Positions 37,201 through 50,610 of a DNA stretch of 64,000 nucleotides are shown here, piece after piece; position 1 is the stretch's first letter; the number at the start of each line of letters is the position of its first letter. The notes below the pieces were generated by a model. The model worked only from the letters and a program-made list of their open reading frames with translations. It was not told the DNA's origin and made no database searches. Made by a program: the position numbers and the translations under genes. Origin of the DNA: Phoronis australis (lineage: Eukaryota; Animalia; Phoronida); contig NMRA01000160.1 of the NCBI GenBank assembly GCA_002633005.1, forward strand, positions 622,498 to 686,497, read 5' to 3'.

Positions 37201-38808
37201 AGTTTATGCCACATTTCACTTTCAATCAGCAATATTTGTTCATATGGCTGTTTAATTTACTTTAAATGGATGTTATTGATTTTACTAAGGCTGAAAAGTG
37301 CATTTTGGAATTATTGTTGGATAAGATAAACTTCTTGAAGTTATTAGCTTTGACCAGATCTGTAAAACAGGTAAATCCATTGAGTTCATTTTGTGATTTT
37401 ATTACAAGTTGAAATTTTTTGCTGTTGTCTGCAAGACACTTGCTGAATGAAGGCGGATGACTGTATCAGTTAAATAGGCTTGAATACTCTGCTATTTAGT
37501 ACAGTAGTATTTTTGAATTCTCGTTTTGAAAGTTTGTAAATAACATATTTGGATAGTTCGTGAGAAGCACATGTGATAAGGTATTTCAATTTTGAAAACT
37601 GGAGAAGAAATGTGACTTTTACAACCTAGAACTTTGTTTAATGTTGCAGTAATATGTTCCTCATTAATTCTGCTGAGTATGCAACACAATTGGGCCAATT
37701 ACCAAACCACAAGGTAGCAGTTGGATTTTGAGGTGAGTCAAGTGTCATCCTACAATTCTTGGCATAACAGTTTCAAGTGTAGCTGACACTTCAAAAGCAT
37801 TCAAGAATTGCCACTCGAACAACAAGGTTTGTCATGATCATTTTACCAACATGACCCCCCCCCTTTCTCGCTCCCATAAATTTTCCTAAAATTTTTTTTT
37901 AGGCATTCTCCCTTTTGCCACAGACCATTTTCCCACCAACAGGGTTTAAATCCCAGCTTTTATAAATTTTCTTCCAGTAAAATTCTACAAATTCCAGACA
38001 AAAATAGTTGCCACAACTGTTCTTTTTTCATTTTTCAAGAATTTTTAACATTGTTGTATGCGGTCACATTTTTAGACCTTGCCTGATGTTAGCTATAACA
38101 TAGAACTTGAAAATGAAAAAGCGTTAATTTGTTGTAACATAAAATTTCTCTCGTCAGACAAATTGTGTCCCGCCTGAACTAAATCTATGTCCGATTTTCA
38201 ACTATAGGAGCACTGTCTGGGCACCAGCTGTTGCTACTGTGGTCATCTCCACTTATTTTAAACAAAAATAATTACCAAGATTGACTTTTGCCATTATTTG
38301 ATAAATAAAAATTTCCCTTTTAAGCCAAATTGTGCCTGGATCCTCCCAGACTGGATCCACTCTGACACATGAACGGTCTAAACCGTAAACGAGTGAATTG
38401 ACATCGAGAGCTTTTCACAGCTATAACCTTTCTTAAATGCACAACATGTTCCTGGTATTCCATAACGAGAGAACTAATTATACGCCTATGCCCAGTAGAG
38501 AGAGTAATTAAACATATGATCATGCTCAGACGTGTCCACCTGCCCTGAGTCAAACTGAACGACGCAGCTCAACCTGAGCTCTGATTGACATATTACTAAA
38601 ACACACTGTACGGTCACCCAGGTCATCCAAGTTGACGGCATATGCCTTCTGAACATGTAGCGATATTGTGCAAAAAAGAAGCTTTAGATCGTCATACTAG
38701 AAGCAATTCTTTACTTATTTCATGTAAAATAAATGCCGATTTGGTGTTTTTCTATTTTCCAAAGACTGACTAACCTTTGATGAACGTAATGGAAACTTCA
38801 CCATTGTA

Positions 38809-38857
38809 TGACACACACACGCACGCACGCACACACAAACACACACACACACACACA
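38809..38857. repeat. (CA)n/(CACG)n microsatellite
   Basis: Directly visible. Confidence 0.95.
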
Positions 38858-39649
38858 GTACATAAAGATTTTCTTAATTTGACAAAATAAAATTTCAGTT
38901 GTCCACCAAGCACTGAACAGGCAAAGGGGAGAATTACCATGGTATCACATTTCTGGTCTCGACAAGTATGACAACACTAAAAGAATACTTAAAAGCAATA
39001 GAATATTCATGTCTATTCAACTGTCCCGGTGGTCTGGGCTGCTGCGATTTGCGAGGCATAACACTCTTGCAAGTTTGCCGAGACCGCTGATGCCGCAATT
39101 CAATCAAAGCACGTCATCTCACTAGCTTTAGCTCTGGTAATAGAACTGGTCCCTGTTTAATCTTCAGTATGTGGACTCCCAAGATATACCATTTGTGATA
39201 ACGCTTCCTTCAGCCGAGTGCATTATATTGTTGCTGTCTTAGGGGGCTGTTTCTACATCAACTTGGTAAAACACTAATTATTTTCTAAAACGTTTCACAA
39301 ACCAGTTTCTGAAATGACAAACTTTTTACACCAGAAAGGCACTACATGTACATATTGTCACAGTTAAAATAACCATCGCATGGAAAATTCAGTCACCCTG
39401 CTTCGTGCCCAATCAATAAGATTAAGGAATTAATCGAGCAGTCTCGGCCACTCACCTGTATACTTCCCGACTTGACAAGTGAGCCGTGCTAGTTATGGCC
39501 GTATGGATGGACTCAGCTCTAAGGTTTCACGTATTTCACACCCTAGTTTCATTTGTATGTAGCTGCAAAAGTGAATAATATTACAGTTAATCATAAAAAT
39601 GCTTCAATTTGAGAGAAAACTGCTGTGATTTTTCTAGAATCTGAAGTAG

Positions 39650-39763
39650 GGGCTTCAGGGGTTTTGAGTAAGGGGGACAGGGCAGAGTATTAGCCAGGAT
39701 TTTGCCGTCAGACTTTTGCCACCCCATGGTCCCCTTGCCCCCCTTTCCATAAATCCGCCACTG
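39650..39763. mobile_element. MITE fragment related to 19291-19456, opposite orientation
   Basis: Ends aaatccgccactg; gcagagtattagccaggattttgcc is the reverse complement of the 19387-19411 segment. Confidence 0.6.
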
Positions 39764-42700
39764 TGAACTTGGTTTAACAAACTGCCACCTCAAATGCTTA
39801 GAATTGATTTCGCCAAATATTGCCTTTGTCTAACTGATGTACTACACAAAGTAATCATTCTTAAACATTATTTTGTTCAGATATTCATTGGCAAAATGAA
39901 ATCCCATTCAAAACTCAATCAAAGATTTTATACCATAGATCTCATCAATTCAGGAGCTTATAAGGCAGATAACTGATACTCGGCTATTTCTCATTTTCTG
40001 TTAAAGAGATATATCTAACTTCCACAATTAATATCTTTTTAAGACCTAAAACCATTGTCGCTAACACACAATAATTTTGAGGATATTCAAAACTTTAAGT
40101 AATAAAAAGGTAATAATTTTTATCTGAAATAGATGAAATTTTACAAAACTTCAACAATTCAGCAAAAGCTGAAGAGAAATTACAGTGCACTTGGTCTATT
40201 TTTGACTTTAGATTAGGTGTGCCATTTCTACCAGCTTTGGGCATTTTTGGAAATAAAAATGTTCAAACACAATATTTTGACACAAACTGGCACAAGAATT
40301 TTTGAGTAATTTAAAATAAACTTGATTGTTTACGTATTCGCATTTCTCAATAATAACTTTGTGTGGGAACTAAATTCCCCCACACAAGATGACACCATTG
40401 GCATGACAAACACAATATTGAATATTCCAAGTCATGCCTAAAGCTGTCCAAACATGGGCTACCAATACTAAACACAAAATGTCAATGATAGGCCACAAAT
40501 TAATAATGTAAACAAACAGCAGCTATTGCTGGACACTCCATTCTTCACTACAGTGAATAAACAGAGAAGTGAACAATACTAGACAGGTATTGTGTGTGCA
40601 ATAGATACTAACCACATACTAAGGAATACAATGACAATACCCTGATCACCCATTCACACCCTAGTTTGAGGCTATATAGACCTCACCAAGTACCATCTCA
40701 CACATCAAATGTCATGAAGGTGGAAACTAACTGTTAAGAGGCTGGTCACTGATTATAGACATGTAGGAGATGACCTTTACACATGACAAGTCTCTGGAGA
40801 TTAACCAAGTGCTAGGGTTTCTTGACACTCAAAGCCCAGTCGCTGGAAGGGAACACTATTTTCAAAAGTACCTCTAAGTCTGAATGCTTTTGATGCTGGA
40901 TTAACCGCTCAGTTCTTCCTGTCATGCGTTTGTCTTTTCCAATCAGCTTGTGGATCAAAACAAGCAATTTTTTTCAAAATCCTACAGGTAATGGACATAA
41001 CTTGTTGACATGTGAGTCGTTGTCTTGGAATATTTGGCAGAAACAACAACACATTTGCAAATGCTTTAAAATTACCCCAGTTTTGTAGTGAGCACATAGC
41101 CCAGACCTCATCAGAAGTCAAACCCCTTTTTTGCTCAGAAACGATCGGATGCCTGCTGTTAAACCAGCCAACATTCTGGGACACAAAACTGCACCAATGT
41201 TGAAAATTTTACCACTCTACAATTGGCACGCTGAGAAATATTTCAACACTAAGAACACAATGCGGTAGACTGTCACCAATCTATGACACACTATGTGAGA
41301 CAGTTGAAATTTTCTTTTCTCATTTTTCATAAATGACACATACCAGTAGTACTATAACAGAATATTGTTTTAAAAAACTGTGGATTTTCAAAACAATGGT
41401 AGAAGCCCCTGAAAAAACAAAAAAGTACAATTTTGGCAATTATTTTTGTCCGATATTGGTGAGGTTTTACCATAGACATCTCTCATACAGTATGTAAAAA
41501 AGCCAGTTTCACAAAGTTGCATATGCAGCCACTTGTTTTATTAGTATTTGTTATAAATCCAGTATGGAATCTGCAGCCAGCAGTTCATCTTCTGTTTGCG
41601 TTGTTGCTATAGTGATGCGATGTAAGGCACATTTTCACCAATTTAGGACAGAATAATATTGCAGCAGTGGATTGAATTCTTACGTCAAATAAACACTTTA
41701 CCGTTTTAGCTCTATACAATAATTATAATCCGACTATGTTGTAAAATATTATGAATGCTTTTGAAAAACGTTGTTTTTGAAAAAAACTAATGAGATGTTA
41801 CCCTACCTAGCTGATTAAAACATCTTCCCAACTTACAAAGTACCATCTGTGTGTTCTCAATTCCCTAAGAACAATTTCCAGCCTATTTTCTAATTCACTC
41901 ACTGTATAAAACCTTTGAGTTGGGAATGTGCAGATGACCTGGGGCTCGTTTACATTGGGACCAATAAACTAATTAGCAAAAACTGTAGGTTTTATTGAAT
42001 TTCCACACAATCAATTGTGTCACTATACCAATACAAGCCTTTTGTTGAACACTACCTCCATGCAATCAGCAACTGTTACTATTTGTTCAATAAACGCTGA
42101 GCTATGCCAATAAAACTCCATGAAAGACAGACTAACGCATGAAAGACAAAAGCCAAGGCGAGGTTAGTCAATTTCTGTTGTGGATACAGCATGACAGACA
42201 AGGGTAGACAGCATAAGGCTGGTGTTTCAACCCATTGTTTGCAGCTACGTAGCCATCTCGTATCTACACCTCAAATGAAGCAATTAGCAGCAATGTCTCA
42301 CAATGAACCACAAGGCTTATTTTCAATGAGAGTTTACCTAAGACAACTTTAGATTAAAAGAAACCGCGGGAGTGATTCACTTTAAATACAAATAGTAAAA
42401 TGACAAATTTGCTGCTTAAAGCAGCAACACAGCTACTGTAGTGTTTATTAAGTATTCATGCCGTTTTATCTTAATCATGTGTTTTTGTACATATTGCAAT
42501 CATCTCCAAAGTTTTTATCATTGCTGTACAAGCCTTACAGAGCAGTGCAGCGCCACCTACATTCTGACAAATGACATCATCATTTCTACTGACCAATCGA
42601 AGCAAAGCAAAAGATTTTGTGTTATTCAAGAGTTGACTAGAATATGTAAAAACATTAATTTACCTGCTCTTCTGCTGCAAAACTTAAATCGCCAATTATT

Positions 42701-43369
42701 GAAATTACGTGTTTTTGAGAACTTAGGTAGAACAAGGCAAAATTGATAGCGTGTCATATCAGCCATCAAATGGAAGTGACAATTGCCTTATAGAACTTGA
42801 ATTACTAGCTTTGATAGCCAACATCTAAACAAAACACTGATGATTACCATGGAAACAGGGGTCCTGGAAGCCAAGGCAATATGTAGGGCCTTACTGACAA
42901 GTCTGAGCATTAAGCCAAACACTTTTGTTACTACAAAACTGTTACAAATTCATCTTAGTAAAAGTGAAATATTTTCTGAATGCAGAAATCTTGTACAATT
43001 CGATGCATGCCTTTATACCAATTCCTCATTGATTTGGTCGTGTGACCAATATTTTAAGCAAAATTAATAAAAAGAAAGGTACATTCCTTAGCAAAACAAC
43101 CACACCAAAACATGATCAAATTTCATTTGATATGAATGATCAAGATCACAAATGCTGAAAAACACTATAACCATTTTCTAAATTATTTGCTTTTTTATAA
43201 ATGCAATGTTTTGATTTCTTCATAAAAGTCCTAAAAGTTCTATTTTTGACAGCCCCTCTTACAAAAGTGGTGATGATTTTAGACAATTCATGACAGTGCT
43301 CTGGAGAACAATTCATAAAACAATAGTATGTTTGAATCTGATCAGTCATGTGTCAAAAAATGTTGTATA

Positions 43370-44272
43370 GGTACGGCTAATGGAGAAGCTAAAATAAATA
43401 TGAATTTTATAGTCTTATTAAACGTGATCTTGTCAGCGAGCAATATGTGAATTGCTTAAGCGCCTATTCGAGAAAAATACTTGCGCAATTTCGGTGTTCC
43501 AGGCCCGGTCTCCAATCTTTTTACTCGAAATGGAACTAGAAATTAGGTTTAGCATTTTCTACTCTACTTTTGGGCGAACTCAAGATAAGTGTCTATTATT
43601 CTATGCTCAAGTACACAATAACTTATGTAGCTAATTTATTGCCCTTAGTTCACAGTTTGTAAACCCAATATTAAAGCAATAAGTTCGAGTTTGAACTCAA
43701 AATTTCGAGTTTTTACTCGAGTTTGTAGCACGAATATGAGGGTCTTCAAGGGCAAACTTGAATTAGAAACTCCTATGCATAAACTATAATGTATTTGAGC
43801 ACAGTCTGATAACCAATTATCTTAAGTTCGCACAAAAGGAGCAGAGAAATTGCCAAAAATAGTTTCGAGTTCGTTTCAAGTACAAAGATTAGAGACCGGG
43901 CCCAGGTCACTCACTTAATATAGATAAAGGGAGACATATGGGTATTCATAGAAGTGAGAGAATGTGCGGTATATGCTGTCTGGGTGAAATTGAAGATGAG
44001 CCTCATTTCATGTGTCGATGCCCTGTTCTTGGAGACCTTAGAAGAAATCTTCTTACAGAGCTTGGCAATGTTAACTATTCTCTTGTTAGGTTATTCCAAC
44101 AGAAAAATCATGACAGCATCCACCACCTGGCATTGTATATTCAGAAGACTATGGCTTTAAGAGAAGAACTGCTCTCCGTGTAAATATTCTGAATATACGT
44201 TTGAATTTATGTATTAATGTATGAGTAGGCAAAGCCTACGATGTACAATAAACATTATTATTATTATCATTA
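43370..44272 (+). mobile_element. 5'-truncated LINE (CR1/L2/Daphne-group-like) 3' end, interrupted by a MITE
   Basis: KYEFYSLIKRDLVSEQYV...LAQFRCS|GHSLNIDKGRH...ERMCGICCLGEIEDEPHFMCRCP matches the C-terminal CCHC region of LINE ORF2; followed by aataaa and an (att)n tail. Confidence 0.85.
43502..43902. mobile_element. MITE with ~43-bp TIRs (PIF/Harbinger-like GGCCC ends)
   Basis: ggcccggtctccaatctttttactcgaaatggaactagaaatta versus the reverse complement of the right end, ggcccggtctctaatctttgtacttgaaacgaactcgaaacta; flanked by 'ca' on both sides. Confidence 0.88.
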
Positions 44273-44946
44273 TTTCTGAGATGTGTTTTGATGTTAGCCA
44301 AATTTGCATGACACAAATCCTACACCAACATTTGGGGTTCTGTTACCTCAACACATAAGCTAGCCCGAGCCAGACAGTGACTAACCCATCCTAATCAATT
44401 CGCAAATTAATGCTCCTGGCCTATGCCGCAATTCTGAAGAAAAACTATTTGCTAATTTTTCTTATAATGTATTGATTTTAAAAATTCAAAGAAGGATACT
44501 ATTTACTTTTCAGTTTTAAAAACAGTTATGTTGGTAGTTTGCTTTAGTTATTGTTTGTTTTCTGACTTTGAAACTCGTACAATTAACAAACATGTTTGTT
44601 TTATGGCCGCAGTTGTCTCATCCAGCACGTTCATTTCAATCCGTTACGGCGCCATCAGGCCTTTGATGTACCCAAGATTTCACTGGATACTTTGGGGTAA
44701 ACAGTGCAGGCTTAATGTCCACTTGCATGCAGATGGTGTTAGCAATGGGTCCTATGCCCGTTTGCATAAAACTGAGCCCCAAATAGGGACTCAACTAAGT
44801 TCTCTAAATCTACTGCGTATTTGTGGGCTTGTGGAAACACTGGTGATTGTTCTTTCTTATGCTGTTTGAGTATCATTACTGAGAGGATTTTTGGCTTTCG
44901 GATGCAAATTGAGAGTGAATTCTACGTTGAATTCTCACTACAGTAA

Positions 44947-45437
44947 AGGGCCCTTTCATATTGACTTAACTCCGGTCTGAGCGGAGCGTCGACGTAAACA
45001 GCGCAGATAACTGGACCGTTCATTCTGGCTTCGGTATGACCATCGAAGTAAAGGGTTGGTGACGCTGACGTCATCGAAGTTATCGCAAGGTAGCGCTGCA
45101 CGCTAAGATTTTTTTCAATGTGACAATTTGGGAAAAATAAATGTGCTAAATGACATTAAACTCGTTTGGTTATCATTAGAGCAAAAAATAAGTAGTTATT
45201 AGTGACGGCACTACTCTGTAACTGTTGACGATAACGATGGCACCTGGCGATAACTTCGATTGGACCGGAGCTTAGCGTTCATACTGCTCCGCAGCGTCGA
45301 CGCTACGGTCTTAAATCCACCTGTTAACTGCTATGTTAACTGGAGCTGTTAACTGTGATCCAGGACCGGAGATAAGCGTTCATACTGACCGCAACTCCCC
45401 AAACCATCAACGCGTCGACGTTAGTATGAAAGGCCCT
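44947..45437. mobile_element. MITE family B copy 1 (PIF/Harbinger-like)
   Basis: TIR agggccctttcata ... tatgaaaggccct, flanked by TAA/TTA; colinear with 47444-47950. Confidence 0.85.
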
Positions 45438-45838
45438 TTAATGAAAATAGATAGGGATCTTTTCTTGCAACGCCCCCAATTTAAGGATTATGTCCCTAAT
45501 TATTATATAACTCAATTAAGGGCTCAGTTTTTACGGTTACATTATTAGAAAATGTCATTGGTCAAAGAGAAGCTCATAATAAAAAAATGATAGAAAAATA
45601 TAACACCTGTGAGTAAAGAACGAAACAAATATGCAAAAGATTTAGAGAACCTAATTGAGTCCCTATATGGAACTGTTTCATGCAACCGGGCAGTGGACAT
45701 AAGTAAATTTACCAGAAAGATTCAGGAGTGGTTATGGTCATCTTGTTTGACTCCCTCAAAACAACAATACAGGCTAGCCTCGTACAGTCCATGGCCATGG
45801 CCAGCGCTCACTACTTTCATAAGCCTGCATAGACTACT

Positions 45839-46554
45839 TTTATCGTAATCTATTTTGCCCGGGGTACGCCACGAGCTATGTTGCAGAGTAAAACAAGAGG
45901 AGGATTGCGAATATTGTCATTTATTATGACGTAATAGATAAAACTAACTAAGACTCTGCAAGATGGGCATGCAAAAAACGCCCACAGGCGTGTACAATGA
46001 ATAGCCCTGCAAGAGGGAACAAAACAAAAAAACTGCCTGAAGGGCTTAAAGGAAAAGTACAGAACATGAAAACAAAACTTGAAAAAAAAAAAAACCTAAG
46101 GAAATGTATACGAGCAAAGAGAAAGTGGAACCGACACCCGGGATGGGGGGTGGGGAAAAAATGAAGAGAACGAACGTAGGTCTTGTAGATGACGAGGTAG
46201 GTGGCTGAATGAGAGACCACGTTGAACAGAACAAAGGAAATATGGGCGTCCAATCAGGAGTTGAGTAGAGAAACGTATGAATACAAAAGTAGGCCCTAGA
46301 GGCTATAAATAGAGATGAGTAATGCAAAATAAACCCTAAGGACTGGTCTCAAAATAAAGAGACAAGTGTCAAAATAATGACGATAAATGCATTTAACAAG
46401 TTAAATTTAATTTATCGTAATCTATTTTGCCCGGGGTACGCCACGAGCTATGTTGCAGAGTAAAACAAGAGGAGGATTGCGAATATTGTCATTTATTATG
46501 ACGTAATAGATAAAACTAACTAAGACTCTGCAAGATGGGCATGCAAAAAACGCC
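45839..46554. repeat. two identical 144-bp direct repeats (45839-45982 and 46411-46554)
   Basis: Base-by-base comparison shows no mismatch; offset 572 bp. Confidence 0.93.
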
Positions 46555-47443
46555 ATAATGGCAGCACGGAATGCTGACATCGCCCATCCGAGGAAGCGCA
46601 ACCCGGGCAATAACAAGGTTAGACTATGATAAAATATAGGTACTAAACAGGATAACAGGAAATTAGAATACATAAGTCTAGAATATAAAAAAACAAGAAC
46701 ATAACGAAATGTAAGTAAAGTTAACTAGAACTAATGACTAGAAATTGAAGCCTGCAACTACAGGCCTTGGGCCACAGGCTGCAACAACAGACCTGCGAAC
46801 GGCATCCATTGAAGAATAAAAAATGACACAGACAGACGTACTGTATGCATAGGAGATAAACACAAATTACATGCATTTCAAACCTCTATGGGGAGCTTAG
46901 TGCCAGGTCTTAGGTGGCCAGTGAAAGCAAAATACCAACAACAATTTGTATAACTTTATGATGGATAATAAGTTTAAGCCATCACAAGTTAAATTGACCA
47001 TGGCAGAGTAGAAAAGAGATCTTAAATGGGGAATGAAAGGATAAGACCCTAGTGGATTTATGGAAAGCATAAATGTCCAACAAAAGCCTTTACATAGGCT
47101 TTCAAATAAAGTAGATTACTTTTATTTCTCAAGACCAACTAGCAAAGGGCATTTCCTCAGCACTTTCCCTACCAGCTGAAACATATCCCAAAATAGGCTG
47201 AAAAATTCTAACACATGGGCTTTTTAAAAGATTTCCTTTTCTGTGAAGGACTAGGTCTCAACCCACCAAAATTAGATGACGGACCAATCTAATGGGCAGT
47301 TTGGAAACCTGTTTAAAAATTAATGATGTTTCATTATTTTTTCACTCACTGATGGCTAGCAAGGTAAAGATGAAAACCACGCTCCATCAGCAAAGTATGG
47401 AACCTTCAGAGTGTAACTAGTGCATGTTACCTCATCTCTGTAT

Positions 47444-47950
47444 AGACCTTTTCATACCGACCTAACTCATGGTCTAAGCGGAACATCAACGTTAACTACG
47501 AAGTTAACTGAACTGTTCATACTGGCTTCGGTAGTTTAGGAACATCGAAGTAAACGGCAGGTGACGCTGTTGTCATCGAAGTAATCGCAAGGTAGCGCTG
47601 CACACTAAGATTTTTTTAATGTGACAATTTGGCCGAACGCGGCATGTGCTAATTGACATAAAACTTATTTTTAATTCGATTGATCGGATTATTTGAGCAA
47701 TATAAGCAACTATTAGCAATTACACTACCTTTAAATTGTTGACGATAACAATGGCACCTGGCAATAACTTCGATGGGACAGAAGTTGACAGTTCATGCTG
47801 CACCACAGCGTCGACGCTGCGCTGTTAAATCCACCTGTTAACTGCAATGTTAATTGGAGCTGTTAACTTCAATCCAGGACTGAAGTTAAGCGTTATTACA
47901 AACCACAACTTCCCAAACCAAGACACGTCGACGCTAGTATGAAAGGCCCT
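47444..47950. mobile_element. MITE family B copy 2
   Basis: Shares catcgaagt.atcgcaaggtagcgctgcac.ctaagattttttt and the tatgaaaggccct end with copy 1; left TIR is degenerate. Confidence 0.85.
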
Positions 47951-50180
47951 TGTGATTGGTTGGTCAAATCAGAAACACAACGTATCGTGAGGATGTGAAT
48001 ATGTAGTGCATTGAAAATTACCAAATGTTAAGAACGAGTTTTGTGTGGACCGTTGATCCACTGTAAATCGTGTCCAACAGTAAGTATCATGACGGGTTGT
48101 TGGGGAATAACACTGCATAACTTAGGCTATGTGAGACCACTAGGTACATCATTTAAGTGCATTGGTCATCATTTGCAAAGTTTTTTGTTTTCACATTTTC
48201 AAGCTGTCAGTGAATACAACTGCGATTTAGCGTAGATGATGTTCACGAAATAGCATTGTCCTTTAGTTTCTCAGTGCTATACATCAGCACAGTTAGGAGC
48301 AGGCAAGACATTTTTGTGGTAAAATAACTCGATTTATAATTCAATTTGTTCTGAAGTAGTGAATAACGAAGAAATGTCCATTTCAAATATTAGAAATACA
48401 AATAAATTAACATACAAGGAAGGAGACACTTCACTTGACAAAAATTTAATCCAATGAACATGCAGTTATAATAAAGAGTTGAAAAGTGAGCTATGGAAAA
48501 ATATTGCCAAGAGACACATAACACACATCAATACCTAACTGGGTTGTGTTTCATCAGTGAAAAGTGACTTAAGACATAGGAAGACAAAAGAAGAAGCAGA
48601 GTGGTCTACCGGGTAGTGGGATAAGTTCTACACTCAAGGTCATTGAGTCCCACTGGGACAAACTGCTAGACCCTTGAGCCAGGCCTCTAGCTCCCTAGCT
48701 TGATTTTAACTATATATATCACTAAGTAAAGGGATAAAAATGGTTCAAGGTGATGAGTGCAATGGGCCGACTTGAACGGCTGTGCATGGCAGGTACAACT
48801 TGGGGGTCTGTGGCTTAAGACTGATTGGCAAATTTGGTCTTACACTCGACAGAACTGCCTCTGGAAAATGATTAAATTTCACTTGAGGAAAAATATAAAG
48901 TCTGAGAATACACACTGAGTTACTGAGAATTTCTATGCATTATTTCTTGTCTGGTGATGCACTCTCATAATTACTTGGCTATGTACAAGTTGTACCACAC
49001 TGCAAGCAATTAATTTTTAGTAAGATACTGAGAAATTTGGTCTTGAGCTCCGCCCGCGCTCCCTTTTTTGGTTCGCAATTGCTGAACGTGGGTTTAGCCA
49101 AGTGAAATTTAATTATTTTCCAGAGGTAGTTGTATGGAATGTAAGACAAAATTTGTGACTCAGTCTTAAACCACAGACCATCATTGCACCTGCAAAATAA
49201 CTAACTTGTAAGCAAAGAAATCGAATTCGGGATAAAAATTATTTATAAAAATATTGCTTCGTGTCTTTTCAAATGCTTACTGGTTCTACAGATGTTCAGA
49301 GTTTCATCAAATGTTGACAACAGTTATGCAGCAAATATCATGAAAAGATGATCAGAAGTAATTAATATGTTTTTTGATAATTGTTTGCTGAAATTTTGAT
49401 ACAACAAAATTCCACTTTTCAACCAGATATATGTCTTAAAGTAAAACCTTTCTGACACTGGTTTTGTCAATTTTGACATGAAAGATTTCCACAATTCTGC
49501 CATTTTGTCGGTGTACAAAACTGAAGAATGCTAAACCACAGGGAAGTGCCGACAACTGAAGTAGACAGGCGGCGTGCACCTGATACACAGTTTTGTCACC
49601 ATATTGATTTTCCATCCAAGGTGACTAGATCTATATAAAATTGGGCTCCAATTATGACCTATTGTTTTTCCTCAAATAGGCTCTAGTTTCTGCATCAAGA
49701 CAATTATCTCTGGTGCACGATAGCCACATTAGCAGACGCCAGAGGCAAAGGGGACTTAAAAACAATTGCACTTTAGTGTGTGCAAATTCTGAGGTTACTT
49801 CGATGTTTTTTGAGATGTTTTTCAAACTATTAGCACAAATAACTACTTAATTAATTTGATTGCAAAAGAGATTCATCAATTAGTGTCAAAGCTATGAAAT
49901 GAAATCAACACGTTTTGAAAGGCTTTAATGCAACAACTCAGCCCGCAATTTTCCCAACTGTTGTTTGGTGACATCTCAGAGCATTAAATTAAGCTGCAAA
50001 CCAATGTGAAACAGTTTTTTAAAAAGTATTTTTGTTAGGAAATTTGACAAAATGAGATTTCACTTGTACGTCATCTGTCAGTCAGACATTGAAGAGCTGT
50101 ACTGTTATTAAAATGATTCAAGTTATTGACGAGTTATGTGAAGCTTGAACATAAAAATTAAATCATTGGGCAAATCTCAA

Positions 50181-50610
50181 ACTAACAGGATTTGCACGCA
50201 TGTGGACGAGAAAGCGTGTACTGTTTACCCCAGAGTATCCAGCAAAGTCACGTCCTCAGCATATCAAAGGCTTGCTGGTGTCGTCACGGACTGAAGTGAG
50301 CTAGTAACTTAGCTGATCATGCCGGATGAGATAATTGCAGTCGTATAACCAACACGCCTGTTTAGAGAACATATTTTAAATATCGAGCAATAAGTAAGAA
50401 GGTAAACGATCAACAGGGCAATTATATTGAAAAGTAAATAAACCACCTTCGAATTTTAAAATCTGCATTGTAAGAGAAATTATAGCGAACAGGTTTTCTT
50501 CATCGTTGCCTTTAAGCCACAAGCATTAATTTGTGAATTGATTAAGAGGGGTCTGGCTTAGGCTTCCTTAGGCGTTGGGGGTAACAATTAAAGCCCCAAA
50601 TGTTAGCATA
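50181..50610. repeat. interspersed repeat family C, copy 1
   Basis: Colinear with 55514-55925 (ctaacaggatttgca.gca.gtgga.gagaaagc...atttgtgaattgatta.gagggg). Confidence 0.8.

Noticed and set aside
48598-48700. Second tRNA-derived SINE
   Set aside because: Only weak remnants (cccttgagc.aggc); the internal promoter boxes are too degenerate to support a call.
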